DNA of 64,000 nt from Eledone cirrhosa (GCA_964016885.1 OZ024755.1:32612001-32676000), one strand, 5' to 3'; shown: positions 36,147 to 49,047, counted from the stretch's first letter. Notes: generated by a model from the letters alone, not told the origin. A program made the numbers and translations.

Positions 36147-38767
36147 AGTATCGGTAGAGAGTCGGACGCCATGCTTTGCAGCATAGTTACGTCCCTTTAC
36201 GATCTGAGTTCAAATCCCGCCGAGGTTAACTTTGCCTTTCATCCTTACGGGGTCGATAAAATAAAGTACCAGTTATGCACTGGGTAATTTACTGGCCTTG
36301 TGCCAAAAGTAGAAACAATTATTTAACGTCTGTTTTACGGCTAGTCAAGGTTGGGGACATAAGCAAATAATTGTTTCAACTTTTGGCACAAGGCCAGCAA
36401 TTATTTCAGTGCATTACTGGTACTTTGTCTTATCGACCCCCCACCGCTTTACGCGGCGGTAAAGGGCCATAACTCTGTGCCACAGAGCATCGTGTCTGAC
36501 GCTCTACAGATATTGCCAATCCACTGTTCTATAATAATATAATAATGTAGAACCCATAATAATAATAATAATAATAATAATATATTTTATCGACCCTATA
36601 AGGATGAAAGGCAAAGTTAACCTCGGCAGGATTTGAACTCAGAACGCAAAGGGCCATAACTCTATGCTGCAAATGGTGTCGTCTGGTGTTCCACCGATAC
36701 TGCCAAGGATGCAGTTTAAGAAAAGTAGTGGAAACATTTTATAATTGAGAAGATAGAAGATGGAACACATGCTGTCAGTTTCTTTTAATTTATTAGAAAC
36801 ATGCCAACATCTTAATATTTTTTAAAGAGAGATTTGTTGATTGATTTAGATTTCATTTCAACCAAAGTGAATAAGATGCTGGAATTAAAAAAAGCCAAAT
36901 CAGTTGAACATAAGTTTGTAGCTACAGTTTTATGACTCAAGATTTGCTTCACAACTGTTGCAGAGACATTTTTTATTGTCTATCATTTAACAGAAATGTT
37001 TATTTCTACCTTGGAATTGATATTTCCATACTAGGGCCTAAAACTGCTAATATTTACACTATAACTAAAAGACCTTACTTTTAGATCTAACTAAGAGTTT
37101 TTTTAAAGACATCCCTTACATAATTGTTTCCACTTTTGGCACAAGGCCAGCAATTACTCCAGTGTATTACTGGTACTTTATTTTATCAACCCTGTAAGGA
37201 TGAAAGGCAAAGCTAACCTCGGCGGGATTTGAACTCAGGATGTAAAGGGCCATGAATCTATGCTACAAAGCATGATGTGTGACGCTCTACCAATACTGCT
37301 AGTTGCAACCAGTTTGAGCAGAAAGAGGTGAGAGGATTCTGGCACAGATATGGCTGGTTTAACCAACTGCCAATCTGTGCCATACCAAATAACTGTTTCT
37401 ACTTTTGGCACAAGGGTAGAAATTATCCCAGTGCATTACTGGTACTTTATTTTATCGACCCCGTAAGGATGAAAGGCAAAGCTAACCTCGGCGGGATTTG
37501 AACTCTGAACATAAAAGGCCATAACTCTATGATGCAAAGCATGGTGTCTGGTGCTCTACAGATACTGCCAATCTGCCACTCCCTGGCATATCATCAATAT
37601 GTCTAAATCCGTGTCAACCAGCAGCTTAAGTAAATTTTCTTTAATATCAGTTACTAATAACTTCTCTATTAAGCCCGAGGAAACAGCATATCGTCATTTC
37701 GTCATTTACGTCCGCTTTTTCCTGCTTGCAAGGGTGGGGCGGGAACTGATTCTGGCTTGATTTCTACAGCTGGATGCCCTTCCTAACACCAACCTCATTT
37801 ACAGAGAGTGCTGGGTGCTTTTTTACCGTGGCACCTCCACGACCACTTTGCAGTGGAATGATAGGGACCCCAGTCCCTATCGTCTCATTTCTACAGCTGA
37901 GTAAACTGGAGCAATGTGAAATAAAGTGTCTTGCTCAAGGAAACAACACATCACCCGGTCTGAGAATTGAACTCACAGCCTTTCGATTGCAAGGCCAATG
38001 CTCTAACCATAAGCAATGTGCCTCCATATAGATTTTCATTTTAAAATTCAATAGTATCTATATAGTTCTAGGCAAACAGGTGTAATAAAAGCATTAGTTG
38101 GTTAAATAACAGTACACCTGGCTGATTGAGTGCAAAAATAAATAATACAACTATGTGGCTTCATCATATATATATATATATTATGTTAGTTTTCACTCCC
38201 TGCCTCACACATCTCTCTCACAGGCACACACACATCTCTCTCTCAGACACACACATTTCTATCTCTCTCTCACAGACATATAGACATTCTCTCTTTCACA
38301 CATCTCTCTCTCTCTCTCACATACACATTCTCTCTCTCTTTCTCTCTATGCCATATATGCCTTGAAAATATGAATTGACTAAACTCAAATGAGAAATATT
38401 ATTAAGAAAAATTAATAAAGAAATAAGGAAAATGGGAATTGCCTAAGAACAAATTGTATTTTTAATCTAAGGTTTAAAAAAATAGAGCTTTGAGAATGTA
38501 CAGAATGAAAGAGAAAATTGTGATATATATATATATGTATATCTATATATATACTATAATTCCCGCTCTATATAACCACCTTTGTTTAGCTCTGGTTTTT
38601 TTGCTTTGGACTATATTTGTAATATGGTTCAAAATATTATCCACCTCCTTAGTGATTTTTATTATATATTTTTACCCATAATCTTCCAATACTTTAGTGT
38701 ATGTACACTCCATATTCTTCGGAGTTTTCGGCTTGTATTCGCCGATAGTACTTCTTGTGGTTTTGAT

Positions 38768-38807
38768 TGCCCTGATGAGTCCTTAATAGGACGAAACATT
38801 GTTGGCT
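38768..38807 (+). ncRNA. Minimal type-I hammerhead ribozyme motif upstream of the PLE RT fragment
   Basis: GCC-CTGATGA-GTCCT(TAAT)AGGAC-GAAA-CATTG-TT-GGC. Confidence 0.75.
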
Positions 38808-38981
38808 AATAAAAACTTTTGATGTATTGAAGGCTTCTTTGTTTTATTTTCATAATTCTTTGGCTCTGTTTAATTACATTGAGCTATACCTTTTACTGTC
38901 ATTTCTATAATACGAAGAGGGTGTTTAACTCCAACATGCTCCAGTATTTTAATCCTTATATATAAATGTATAGTCGCAGTC

Positions 38982-39725
38982 AGACATTCTGGAAAACAAC
39001 ACATTCTTCTTCAATGGAAAGAATTGCATCCAAATTAGAGGCACAGCAATGGGAATGAAATTTGCTCCCGTTTACGCGAACTCTGTAATGGGATATTTAG
39101 AACAACAACTCTACCAAGAAATAGAGGAAAAATATAGCACTGAATTTAGAAAGTACATTGAAAAGTCTTGGAAGAGATACCTTGACGACTGTTTCATCAT
39201 CTGGACAGAATCTCTAGATACTCTGGATGAGTTCAATATCCTCCTGAATAACCTACACCCATCTCTCCATTTTACAAAAAAGATGAGTAGTACCAAATTA
39301 CCATTCCTAGATATAATGGTATTCAAAAATGACACCACCATTACCACGGATATATACTATAAACACACAGACACCCATCAATATCTGAATTTTAAGTCGT
39401 GCCACCCACCTCATACAAAACGCAACGTCCCATACTGCCTAGCCAGAATAATTTGTACCATTGTAGAAGATACGAATACCAGGAACAAACGCCAAACAGA
39501 ACTGAGAGAATTTTTGCTCAAACAAAAATACCCATCTCTACTTATAGAAAATGGCATACAGTGCGCTATAAAAATACCTATACAACAACTTAGGACAACC
39601 CAAGGAAGAAGAAACCAAGAACTGGTCATACCATTTATAATGACACACAACCCATGTCACCAGAATATCTTCAGCACTGCCAAAGTAAACCTACCGATCA
39701 TTGCTCAAAGTAATGAATTAAAAGG
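38982..39725 (+). mobile_element. Penelope-like element (Neptune-type) reverse transcriptase fragment
   Basis: ILENNTFFFNG...QIRGTAMGMKFAPVYAN...WKRYLDDCFIIW...LPFLDI...TDIYYKHTDTHQYLNFKSCHPPHTKRNVPYCLAR. Open for about 245 codons; 5' RT and GIY-YIG domain absent. Confidence 0.92.
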
Positions 39726-39898
39726 TTTGCTGGTGATATTCTTTTGTTATTGTTGCTAGGGATGTGGTGTTGATAGCAGTATTGGCTGTCTTTCTGTTTC
39801 CCTCTGTCATACGCACAAGTCCTCAGGTGTTTAGTGCTACATGTAAGATTCCACATCCTTCTGTCTGTCACAATAACACTCAATCGGGTTGCATTTAA

Positions 39899-40010
39899 CC
39901 CTTTAGCATTTAAACTGGCCATATCCAGCGAGAATTCTCTCACTACTTTCTGTTCAAACTGGCCATAACTGGCCCCTCATACCGACTTTAAGGTATTATT
40001 CTCAAAATAA
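39899..40010 (-). mobile_element. Partial piggyBac-like TTAA MITE
   Basis: TTAA-CCCTTTAGCATTTAAACTGGCC terminus. Confidence 0.6.
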
Positions 40011-42255
40011 ATGTTAGTAGTATTGGTGGTGTTATTGGTGTTGATGTTGGTAGAATTGGTGTTGATGGTGTTGGTAGAACTGGTGTTGGTGTTTAGTAGA
40101 ACTGGTGTTATTGGTAGAATTGGTAGTGTTGTTGGTAGAACTGGTGTTGTTATTGGTGTTGATGTTGGTAGTACTGGTGTTGCTATTGGTAGTGTTGGTG
40201 TTGGTAGTACTGTTGGTGTTGTTATTGATAGTACTGGTGTTGTTATCTTATTATTGGTGTTGTTGTTGGTAGTACTGGTGTTATTGGTGTTGGTGTTGGT
40301 AGTACTAGTGTTGTTATTGGTAGTACTGGTGTTGTTATCTTATTATTGGTGTTGTTGTTGGTAGTACTGGTGTTACTGGTGTTCTTATTGGTGTTGATGT
40401 TGGTAGTACTAGTGTTATTGGTGTTGGTGTTGGTAGTACTAGTGTTGTTATTGGTAGTACCGGTGTTGTTATCTTATTGGTGTTGTTGTTGGTAGTACTG
40501 GTGGTGTTGGTGTTGGTGTTGGTAGTAGTGTTGGTGTTGGTGTTGGTAGTACTGGTGTTGTTATCTTATTGGTGTTGTTGTTGGTAGTACTGGTGGTGTT
40601 GGTGTTGGTGTTGGTAGTACTGGTGGTGTTGGTGTTGGTGTTGGTAGTACTGGTGTTGTTATCTTATTGGTGTTGTTGTTGGTAGTACTGGTGGTGTTGG
40701 TGTTGGTGTTGGTAGTACTGGTGGTGTTGGTGTTGGTGTTGGTAGTACTGGTGTTGTTATCTTATTGGTGTTGTTGTTGGTAGTACTGGTGGTGTTGGTG
40801 TTGGTGTTGGTAGTACTGGTGTTGTTATCTTATTGGTGTTGTTGTTGGTAGTACTGGTGGTGTTGGTGTTGGTGTTGGTAGTACTGGTGTTGTTATCTTA
40901 TTGATGTTGTTGTTGGTAGTACTGGTGGTGTTGGTGTTGGTGTTGGTAGTACTGGTGGTGTTGGTGTTGGTGTTGGTAGTACTGGTGTTGTTATCTTATT
41001 GGTGTTGTTGTTGGTAGTACTGGTGGTGTTGGTGTTGGTGTTGGTAGTACTGGTGTTGTTATCTTATTGGTGTTGTTGTTGGTAGTACTGGTGGTGTTGG
41101 TGTTGGTGTTGGTAGTACTGGTGTTGTTATCTTATTGGTGTTGTTGTTGGTAGTACTGGTGTTGTTATTGATAGTACTGGTGTTGTTGTTGGTGTTATTG
41201 GTGTTGGTGTTGGTAGTACTAGTGTTGTTATTGATAGTACTGGTGTTGTTGTTGGTGTTATTGGTGTTGGTGTTGGTAGTACTAGTGTTGTTATTGATAG
41301 TACTGGTGTTGTTGTTGGTAGTACTGGTGTTATTGGTGTTGGTAGTACTAGTGTTGTTATTGGTAGTACTGGTGTTGTTATCTTATTATTGGTGTTGTTG
41401 TTGGTAGTACTGGTGTTATTTGTGTTGGTGTTGGTAGTACTAGTGTTGTTATTGGTAGTACCAGTGTTACTGGTGTTCTTATTGGTGTTGATGCTCTGTT
41501 TGAGGTACAGCTATTTACTAATGACATAGGAAGATGGCTGCTATGAAACATAACCTCTTCACTCTCCCACTCTCCTCCTTTTATCAAGTTCTTTCTTGAA
41601 CATCATGATTCCTTGTTTGGGATCCACCATTTTTTGTATTTTTTATAAAGAAAATTGAATAATTTCAAAGTGTTTAATCAGTCAGCTTCTTCACATTAAT
41701 CTCAATTTTAAACAATACAACAATGGCACCGAATGGGAAAAAATTACAAAATTTACAAGAACATACAGATCAGAATGAATATGGCTTCATCGGTGGTAGT
41801 CAATAGTAGTAGTAGTAGTAGTGTTAGTAGTAGTAGTAGTAGTACTAGTAGAAATAGTAGTAGCAGCAGTAATAGTAGTAGAACAGTAGTAGTAGTGTTA
41901 GTAGTAGTAGTACTAGTAGAAATAGTAGTAGCAGCAGTAATAGTAGTAGAACAGTAGTAGTAGTAGTAGTAGTAGTGTTAGTAGTAGTAGTAGTACTAGT
42001 AGAAATAGTAGTAGCAGCAGTAATAGTAGTAGTAGTAGTGTTAGTAGTAGTAGTAGTAGTACTAGTAACAATAGTAGTAGTAGCAGTAGTAATAGTAGTA
42101 GTAGAAGTAGTAGAAGTATAGTAGAAGTTGCAGTAGTAGTAGTAGTGGTAGTAGTAGTGGTAGTAGTAGTGGTAGTGGTAGTGGTAGTAGTAGTAGTGGT
42201 GGTAGTAGTAGTAGTGGTAGTAGTAGAAGTAGTAGTAGTAGTAGTAGAAGCATAC

Positions 42256-42287
<32 letters not shown>

Positions 42288-42296
42288 ATACTGATG
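40011..42296. repeat. (GTT/GGT)+GGTAGTACT minisatellite at 40011-41495 and (TAG)n array at 41803-42296
   Basis: Seen directly. Confidence 0.9.
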
Positions 42297-42556
42297 ATAA
42301 CGACAAACAACAGCAATAATAATATCAAACGTTGTCATAAAACCACACAATTTTGGGGCTGGGGGGAGGGTCTAGTGGATTAAATCGAACAACAGTACTT
42401 GACTTGTGCTTCATTTTATTGACCCCGAATGGATGAAAGAAAACATTGACCTCAGTGGCATTTGAACTCTGAATGTAAAGAGTTGGAAGGACGCTCAAGG
42501 CAGTCCAACTCTCTAATGATTCTGCCCTAATGCCAATCCACTGCATGAAAAATAAT

Positions 42557-43711
42557 AGTTGTTCCTACTTTTGGCACAAGGCCAGCAATTACCCCAGTGT
42601 ATTACTGGTACTTTATTTTATCGACCCCGTAAGGACGAAAGGCAAAGTTAACTTCGGCGGGATTCGAACTCAGAATGGCAAGGGCCATTCTATACTAATA
42701 GTTGTTCCTACTTTTGGCACGCACAAGGCCAGCAATTACCCCAGCGTATTACTGGTACTTTATTTTATCGACCCCGTAAGGACGAAAGGCAAAGTTAACC
42801 TCGGCGGGATTCGAACTCAGAATGGCAAGGGCCATTCTACACTAATAGTTGTTCCTACTTTTGGCACAAGGCCAGCAATTACTCCAGTGTATTACTGGTA
42901 CTTTATTTTATCGACCCCGTAAGGACGAAAGGCAAAGTTAACCTCGGCGGGATTCGAACTCAGAATGGCAAGGGCCATTCTACACTAATAGTTGTTCCTA
43001 CTTTTGGCACGCACAAGGCCAGCAATTACCCCAGTGTATTACTGGTACTTTATTTTATCGACCCCGTAAGGACGAAAGGCAAAGTTAACCTCGGTGGGAT
43101 TTGAACTCAGATCATAAAAGGCCGTTACTCTTTGCCACTAAGCATGGTGTTCGATGCTCTTCCAATTAAATTGACCCCGGTGTATTACTGGTACTTTATT
43201 TTATCGACCATAGCAGGACTAGAACTCAGAAAGTAAAGGGCCATATCTCTATGCTGCAAAGCAGTGTCTGGCGCTCTACCAATACTGCCAATCGACCGCC
43301 TTAAATAGCGGTAAAGTGTCATAACTCCATGCTGCAGAGCATGGTGTCTGACACTCCACCAATACTGCCAACCCACCGCTTTACGCGGCGGTAAAGGGCT
43401 ATAACTCTGTGCTACAGAGCATGGTGTCTGACACTCTACCGATACTGCCAACCCACCGCTTTACGCGGCGGTAAAGGGCCATAACTCTGTGCTACAGAGC
43501 ATGGTGTCTGACGCTCTACCGATATTGCCAATCCACTGTTCTATAATAATATAATAATGTAGAATCCATAATAATAATAATAATAATATATTTTATCGAC
43601 CCTATAAGGAGGAAAGGCAAAGTTAACCTCGGCAGGATTTGAACTCAGATCATAAAGGGCCGTAACTCTATGCTGCAAAGCATGGTATCTGACGCTCTAC
43701 AGATACTGCCA

Positions 43712-43712
<1 letters not shown>
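42557..43712 (-). mobile_element. SINE-A tandem cluster: 4 x about 142-146-bp 3' bodies, then about 80-bp head multimers (43300-43535) and another copy
   Basis: Repeated GCCATTCTA(C/T)ACTAATAGTTGTTCCTACTTTTGGCAC junctions and CCACCGCTTTACGCGGCGGTAAAGGG spacers. Confidence 0.85.
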
Positions 43713-43742
<30 letters not shown>

Positions 43743-43848
43743 GCCAACACTAGATTTGAAGACCATGACCTGAGAGAAGTATGTCCATTAATTTAATCAC
43801 TCCACCATCTTGTCTCTACAACACAGATGCACGCAGACACACACATAT

Positions 43849-43902
<54 letters not shown>

Positions 43903-43996
43903 AGGCACACATGAGGGTGCAACACACAAGCACACACACACACCAAGCCAGAATAAATAGTAGCTAAAAGCAGATGTAAAGGATTAAGTGAAACAA

Positions 43997-44079
<83 letters not shown>

Positions 44080-44190
44080 AGAGAGGAAGACATGAGACTG
44101 TCTTCATCCAACACATGGCAACATTGCAAGAGGTATGTTCATGACAAGAAGATGAAAAATCAATAAATGTAGGGGTGTGAGTGTAGAGGA

Positions 44191-44239
<49 letters not shown>

Positions 44240-44309
44240 GATATATCACTGAAATTTAGATATATTATTGAATACATAAGGATGACACAATGTTGATATA
44301 TGTGTGGGG

Positions 44310-44363
<54 letters not shown>

Positions 44364-44420
44364 CCACATCCTTATGTATTCAATAATATATCTAAATTTC
44401 AGTGATATACCTTCAGTATT

Positions 44421-44452
<32 letters not shown>

Positions 44453-44493
44453 ATTGCATATGAGAGGGATGAGCCCAGATATAAGTATATATA

Positions 44494-44599
44494 TATAGAA
44501 AAGGTTTTTACAGGACTAGAACTGTTTCATTCGAGAGAAATCATCCTGATGATTTCACCCGAATGAAACAGTTCTAGTTCTGTAGAAGCCTTTTCTATA
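44494..44599. ncRNA. Palindrome centred on a hammerhead core (fold-back HHR)
   Basis: Right arm CTGATGA-TTTC(ACCC)GAAT-GAAA-CAG(TTCTAGTT)CTG-TA. The left arm is its reverse complement up to ...AAATCATC. Confidence 0.6.
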
Positions 44600-44748
44600 T
44601 TAAATATTTATACTCTGCTTTGTATTGAGTACCTTACTTACTGTTGTTACTCCCCATTAAACCCGGGATAAACTTATATATATATACATATATATTTATA
44701 TATATATTTATATATATATTTATATATATATTTATATATATATATATT

Positions 44749-44779
<31 letters not shown>

Positions 44780-44792
44780 TTATATATATATT

Positions 44793-44823
<31 letters not shown>

Positions 44824-44890
44824 ATATGTCCCAAGGCTATGAGACCATCAACACTATAAACACAGAGCTGGCATATCTAAGAACTGACTA

Positions 44891-44946
44891 ACTGCCTGAT
44901 GAGGTCATAGCCATTCAATGGCTATCATCGAAATATATATAGCAGT
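44891..44946 (+). ncRNA. Minimal type-I hammerhead ribozyme motif, canonical core
   Basis: ACTGC-CTGATGA-GGTC-ATAGCCATT(C)AATGGCTAT-CATC-GAAA-TATATA-TA-GCAGT. Perfect 5-bp helix I. Confidence 0.8.
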
Positions 44947-45079
44947 AAATAAAGGATTATGAGTTCATGCAATTGACTTATGTTTCGTCACTATATATAT
45001 ACATAAGTAGGCAATGAAGTCCAAACCGCTACGCGTGTGTATATATATATATAAATGAAAGGTATAGAAAATATTGTAG

Positions 45080-45113
<34 letters not shown>

Positions 45114-45147
45114 TGTGTGTGTGTATGTATAAATATATATATATATA

Positions 45148-45726
45148 ATGAAAGACGATAGCTGTATAGCAAAGTGCAGGGCAATAAAGATAGACGGTAG
45201 CCACGGAATAGGCAGACCCAGAAAAACCTGGGACGAGCTGATAAACTCCGACCTCACACACTTACACCTCTCCAAGACAATGTCACTGGACCGAGACCTT
45301 TGGCGGTACTCAGTAATAGAGAAGACCCGCTTTACCTAAATACATAGTAAAACCTACTACAGTCAGTAGGCATCTCTAACAAAATACACCCCCGTCCAAC
45401 CACCCCCACCCCATCCACACCGCCGCCTTCTATGTAAAGTTATGTTGGTGCCACACCATCCAGGCCGAAACAAATGAGATCGTGTAGGTGTTACGACAAA
45501 AAAACACACAGTCCATGCTGTAATGTGGCCGTGTAGGCAACACGGTAAAAACCTCCCAGACGCACACTGTAAATGTGGTTGGTGTTAGGAAGGGCATCCA
45601 ACTGTAGAAAACCTGCCAGACAGTCCTATGCGAGCAAGACAATCACTCTTGCTTCAAGTGGGAAAACCCCTGTCCAAACCCATGCAAGCGTGGAACACGG
45701 ACGTTAAACGTTGATGATGATGATGA
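45148..45726 (+). mobile_element. RTE LINE 3' end: ORF C-terminus, UTR and (GAT)n. Related copy at 47580-47760 (-)
   Basis: MKDDSCIAKCRAIKIDGSHGIGRPRKTWDELINSDL...DRDLWRYSVIEKTRFT*. Confidence 0.8.
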
Positions 45727-45974
45727 TAATGAAAAATAAAAAATAAAAGTTACGGGTGAAAGAGGGTAGTATCCATCATCAGTTGTCTGCTAGGAATCCT
45801 AGGAATCTTCGTGTTAGAGACAACATACCTTAGCCTAGGGTGAACAATAACTGAAATAAGTTATTGGGATAAAAAAGGGGGTGGGGATGGAGAGAGAAAA
45901 AATGTAAACAGACACGAAGGGTGAAGCAATGTAAAGAGAGGAGAAATAGGAATATATATATTTATATACATATA

Positions 45975-46359
45975 CGAGGGTAATGTAAGGTCTCCAAAGC
46001 GATGGGGACGCAGAGAAACTGTTAGTACGGCTGTTGGCAACATTGTTGTGATTGGTGCTTCCTTCACTCCCAAACAAACATGCGCGCGCTTCGCTGGGAT
46101 GCTCAATCTTGGCTTGGCAGCCGTTGAGAATGGAGCTCCCGTTGAACGCTACTGCCAAGTGAGAATTTCGCGGAGTTATTATATAGAGGGCAATCCCAAA
46201 AGTAAGGTCTCCTTCCGAGGAAAACATGTGTAAAGATCGGCGGATCACTCTGGATGCTCTCTGCATTTTGGTTCCTGAGGTTTCCCGAAGCACCATCCAC
46301 AAGATTTTAACGGAAAAGTTGCAATATCGGAAGGAGACCTAAATTTTGGGATTGCCCTC
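45975..46359 (+). mobile_element. Internally deleted mariner containing a MITE-like unit of about 175 bp (46186-46359)
   Basis: TA-CGAGGG left end. MELPLNATAK*EFRGVI, then TIR GAGGGCAATCCCAAAAGTAAGGTCTCC, EENMCKDRRITLDALCILVPEVSRSTIHKILTEKLQYRK (mariner HTH region), and the inverse TIR GGAGACCTAAATTTTGGGATTGCCCTC. Confidence 0.8.
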
Positions 46360-46835
46360 ATATATATATATGAGTGTGTGTGTGTATCATCATCATCATC
46401 ATCATCACCGTTTTATGTCCGTTCTTCCACGCTAACATGGGTTAGACGGGTTGTCCTGTTGTGGGCAGTAGCCGGTCGAATTGCCATGTCTTGCTCATAC
46501 ATATTCATTTTCATTTTTTCATTTTACGTCCGCTTTTTCCCTGCTTGCAAGGGTGGGACGGGAACTGATTCTGGCTTGATTTCTACAGCTGGATGCCCTT
46601 CCTAACACCAACCTCATTTACAGTGAGTGCTGGGTGCTTTCTTTTGCTGTGGCACCTCCACGTCCACTTTACAGTGGAATGATATGGACCCCAGTCCTAT
46701 CATCTCATTTCTACAGCTGGAGCAATGTGAAATAAAGTGTCTTGTTCAAGGAAACAACACATCACCCGGTCTGAGAATTGAACTCACAACCTTTCGATTG
46801 CAAAGCCAATGCTCTAACCACTAAGCCATGCGCCT

Positions 46836-46899
<64 letters not shown>

Positions 46900-46904
<5 letters not shown>

Positions 46905-47301
46905 GTTTTGCGAGGTTTTTGATATGAAATCGTGTCGAAACAAATATTGTTATACTTGGGGAGGGTCATATTTGTGTAATATTGCCAGAATTAATAACAG
47001 AACACACTCACAGACTAAATAAAGATGGCGTAGAAAATACAATGTAACGTGAGGAAACCATAGCACCACTGACGATGTTGCAGATGTGCAACGAAAGAAC
47101 TTTGATAAACTATATATATGTGTTTGTGTCTATATTGTATCTGTATTATTTTTGACCGTCGGTCAGTCAATGGTAACATTGAGGACCGAATAAATTAAAT
47201 TAACTGATATAAAGGACACAGAAGCGAAAACCAACCAAACAGTGAGTGTGTTCTGTTATTAATTCTGGCAATATTACTCAAATATGACCCTCCCCAAGTA
47301 T

Positions 47302-47308
<7 letters not shown>
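46900..47308 (+). mobile_element. PLE-LTR-like remnant: inverted repeats (46944-47011 / 47242-47308) flanking a decayed hammerhead (47064-47106)
   Basis: CCA-CTGACGA-T-GTTGCA(GATG)TGCAAC-GAAA-GAAC-TT-TGA. Inverted repeat of about 65 bp. (TA)n on both sides. Confidence 0.6.
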
Positions 47309-47367
<59 letters not shown>

Positions 47368-47899
47368 TTAAGAACACTGGTTTTTGTGTTCAATTCGACT
47401 GTGTGGTTGCTTTGGCAAGAGACTTCTACTGTAGCTGAGATAAATGGCTTACAGACAGCAACTGTGAAGCAGAGCACCATTACCTAATGTGTATGTGTGT
47501 ATATATGTAAGAGTGACTGAGTGACTGTGCGAGCGAGTGCTCATGTTGAAATCACTTAAACAGCGCATGTATTAAACAGCGGTGTGTATTTTTGGTTAAG
47601 AGATGCCTACTGACTGTAGGTTTCGCTTTGTAGTTAGGCAAGGCGGGTCTTCTGTATTACTGCGTAGCGCCAAAGATCTCGGTCCAGAGAGGTCCGGAGA
47701 GGTGTAAGTGTGTAAGGTCGGAATTTATCAGATCATCCCAGGTTTTTCTGGATCTACCTACTCTTTTTTTCTGGATCTACCTACTCTTTTTTTGTACATC
47801 TGGCGTCTTTCATGCGCATCACGTCACCATACCAACGTAGTCTACATATATGTTCATACATACATATATATATATATATATACATACATACATATATAT

Positions 47900-47930
<31 letters not shown>

Positions 47931-47937
47931 CATACAT

Positions 47938-48275
47938 GGTGGCTGCCAACTCGTTTTCGAGTACGGCCACTACTTTATATCCATGTAGGAGAACCCGTAC
48001 CGATGCGCTGAACGAGTGTGACTTTTTAGTCCAGCCAGCGACTTGAAAACTCTGGTACAAACACTACACACAGTGCTGGGCCCATGGTACCATGTGACGA
48101 CAAGTGCAGAGATCTCTCCAGATATAAAGCAATGCCTGTGCCGTGAAGCTTTTATAGTGACCAAAGGCACTGCACAGAGCCAGTCCCACTCTCTTAACCA
48201 AGATGATATTTACCAAAACGGAGAACAAGTCAACATCATTGGATACCATCAGGGTTGCAGGTGTTATATCAGAGT
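47938..48275 (-). mobile_element. LINE (probably RTE) extreme 3' end with a C2H2 motif. Other copies: 55848-56245 -, 49563-49620 -
   Basis: [23 protein letters not shown], then a short UTR with hairpin CTCG(AAAA)CGAG, then GGCAGCCACC and a TA-rich tail. Confidence 0.6.
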
Positions 48276-48422
48276 TTATGTATGTATATATACATACATA
48301 TATATATACATAATATATATATATACATATATATATACATACATACATATATATACATATATATATATATACATATATATACATATATATACATATATAC
48401 ATACATATATATGCATATATAC

Positions 48423-48453
<31 letters not shown>

Positions 48454-48497
48454 CATATATATATACATACATACATATATATATACATATATATATA

Positions 48498-48765
48498 TAC
48501 ATCATCATCACCGTTTTACGTCCGTTCTTCCACGCTAGCATGGGTTAGACGGGTTGTCCTGTTGTGGGCAGTGTCTGGTCGGCTGACCATGCCTTGCTCA
48601 TACAGGAAGTGATTTGGCTTGATTTCTACAGCTGGATGCCCTTCCTAACACCAACATCATTTACAGTGAGTGCTGGGTGCTTTTCGGTGGCGCCTACACA
48701 TCCACTTTACAGTGTGGGCTGGGTGCTTTTTTGCCATGGCACCTCCACAACCAACTTGCGGTGGG
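48498..48765 (-). mobile_element. RTE 3' UTR remnant (family of 10240-10510)
   Basis: Reverse complement matches 10245-10500. Confidence 0.75.
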
Positions 48766-48871
48766 AGGGTGTGGGGGCTGGAGAGAACTCGTCCATGGAT
48801 CTCGGGAATTTTATTCGCCCTAGGTAGATACATACATATATATACATATATATATATACATACATATATAT

Positions 48872-48902
<31 letters not shown>

Positions 48903-49014
48903 CATATATATACATATATACATATATATATACATATATATACATATATATATATACATACATATATGTGGCAGCCACTATATATATATATGTATGTATA
49001 TATATATATGCATG

Positions 49015-49047
<33 letters not shown>

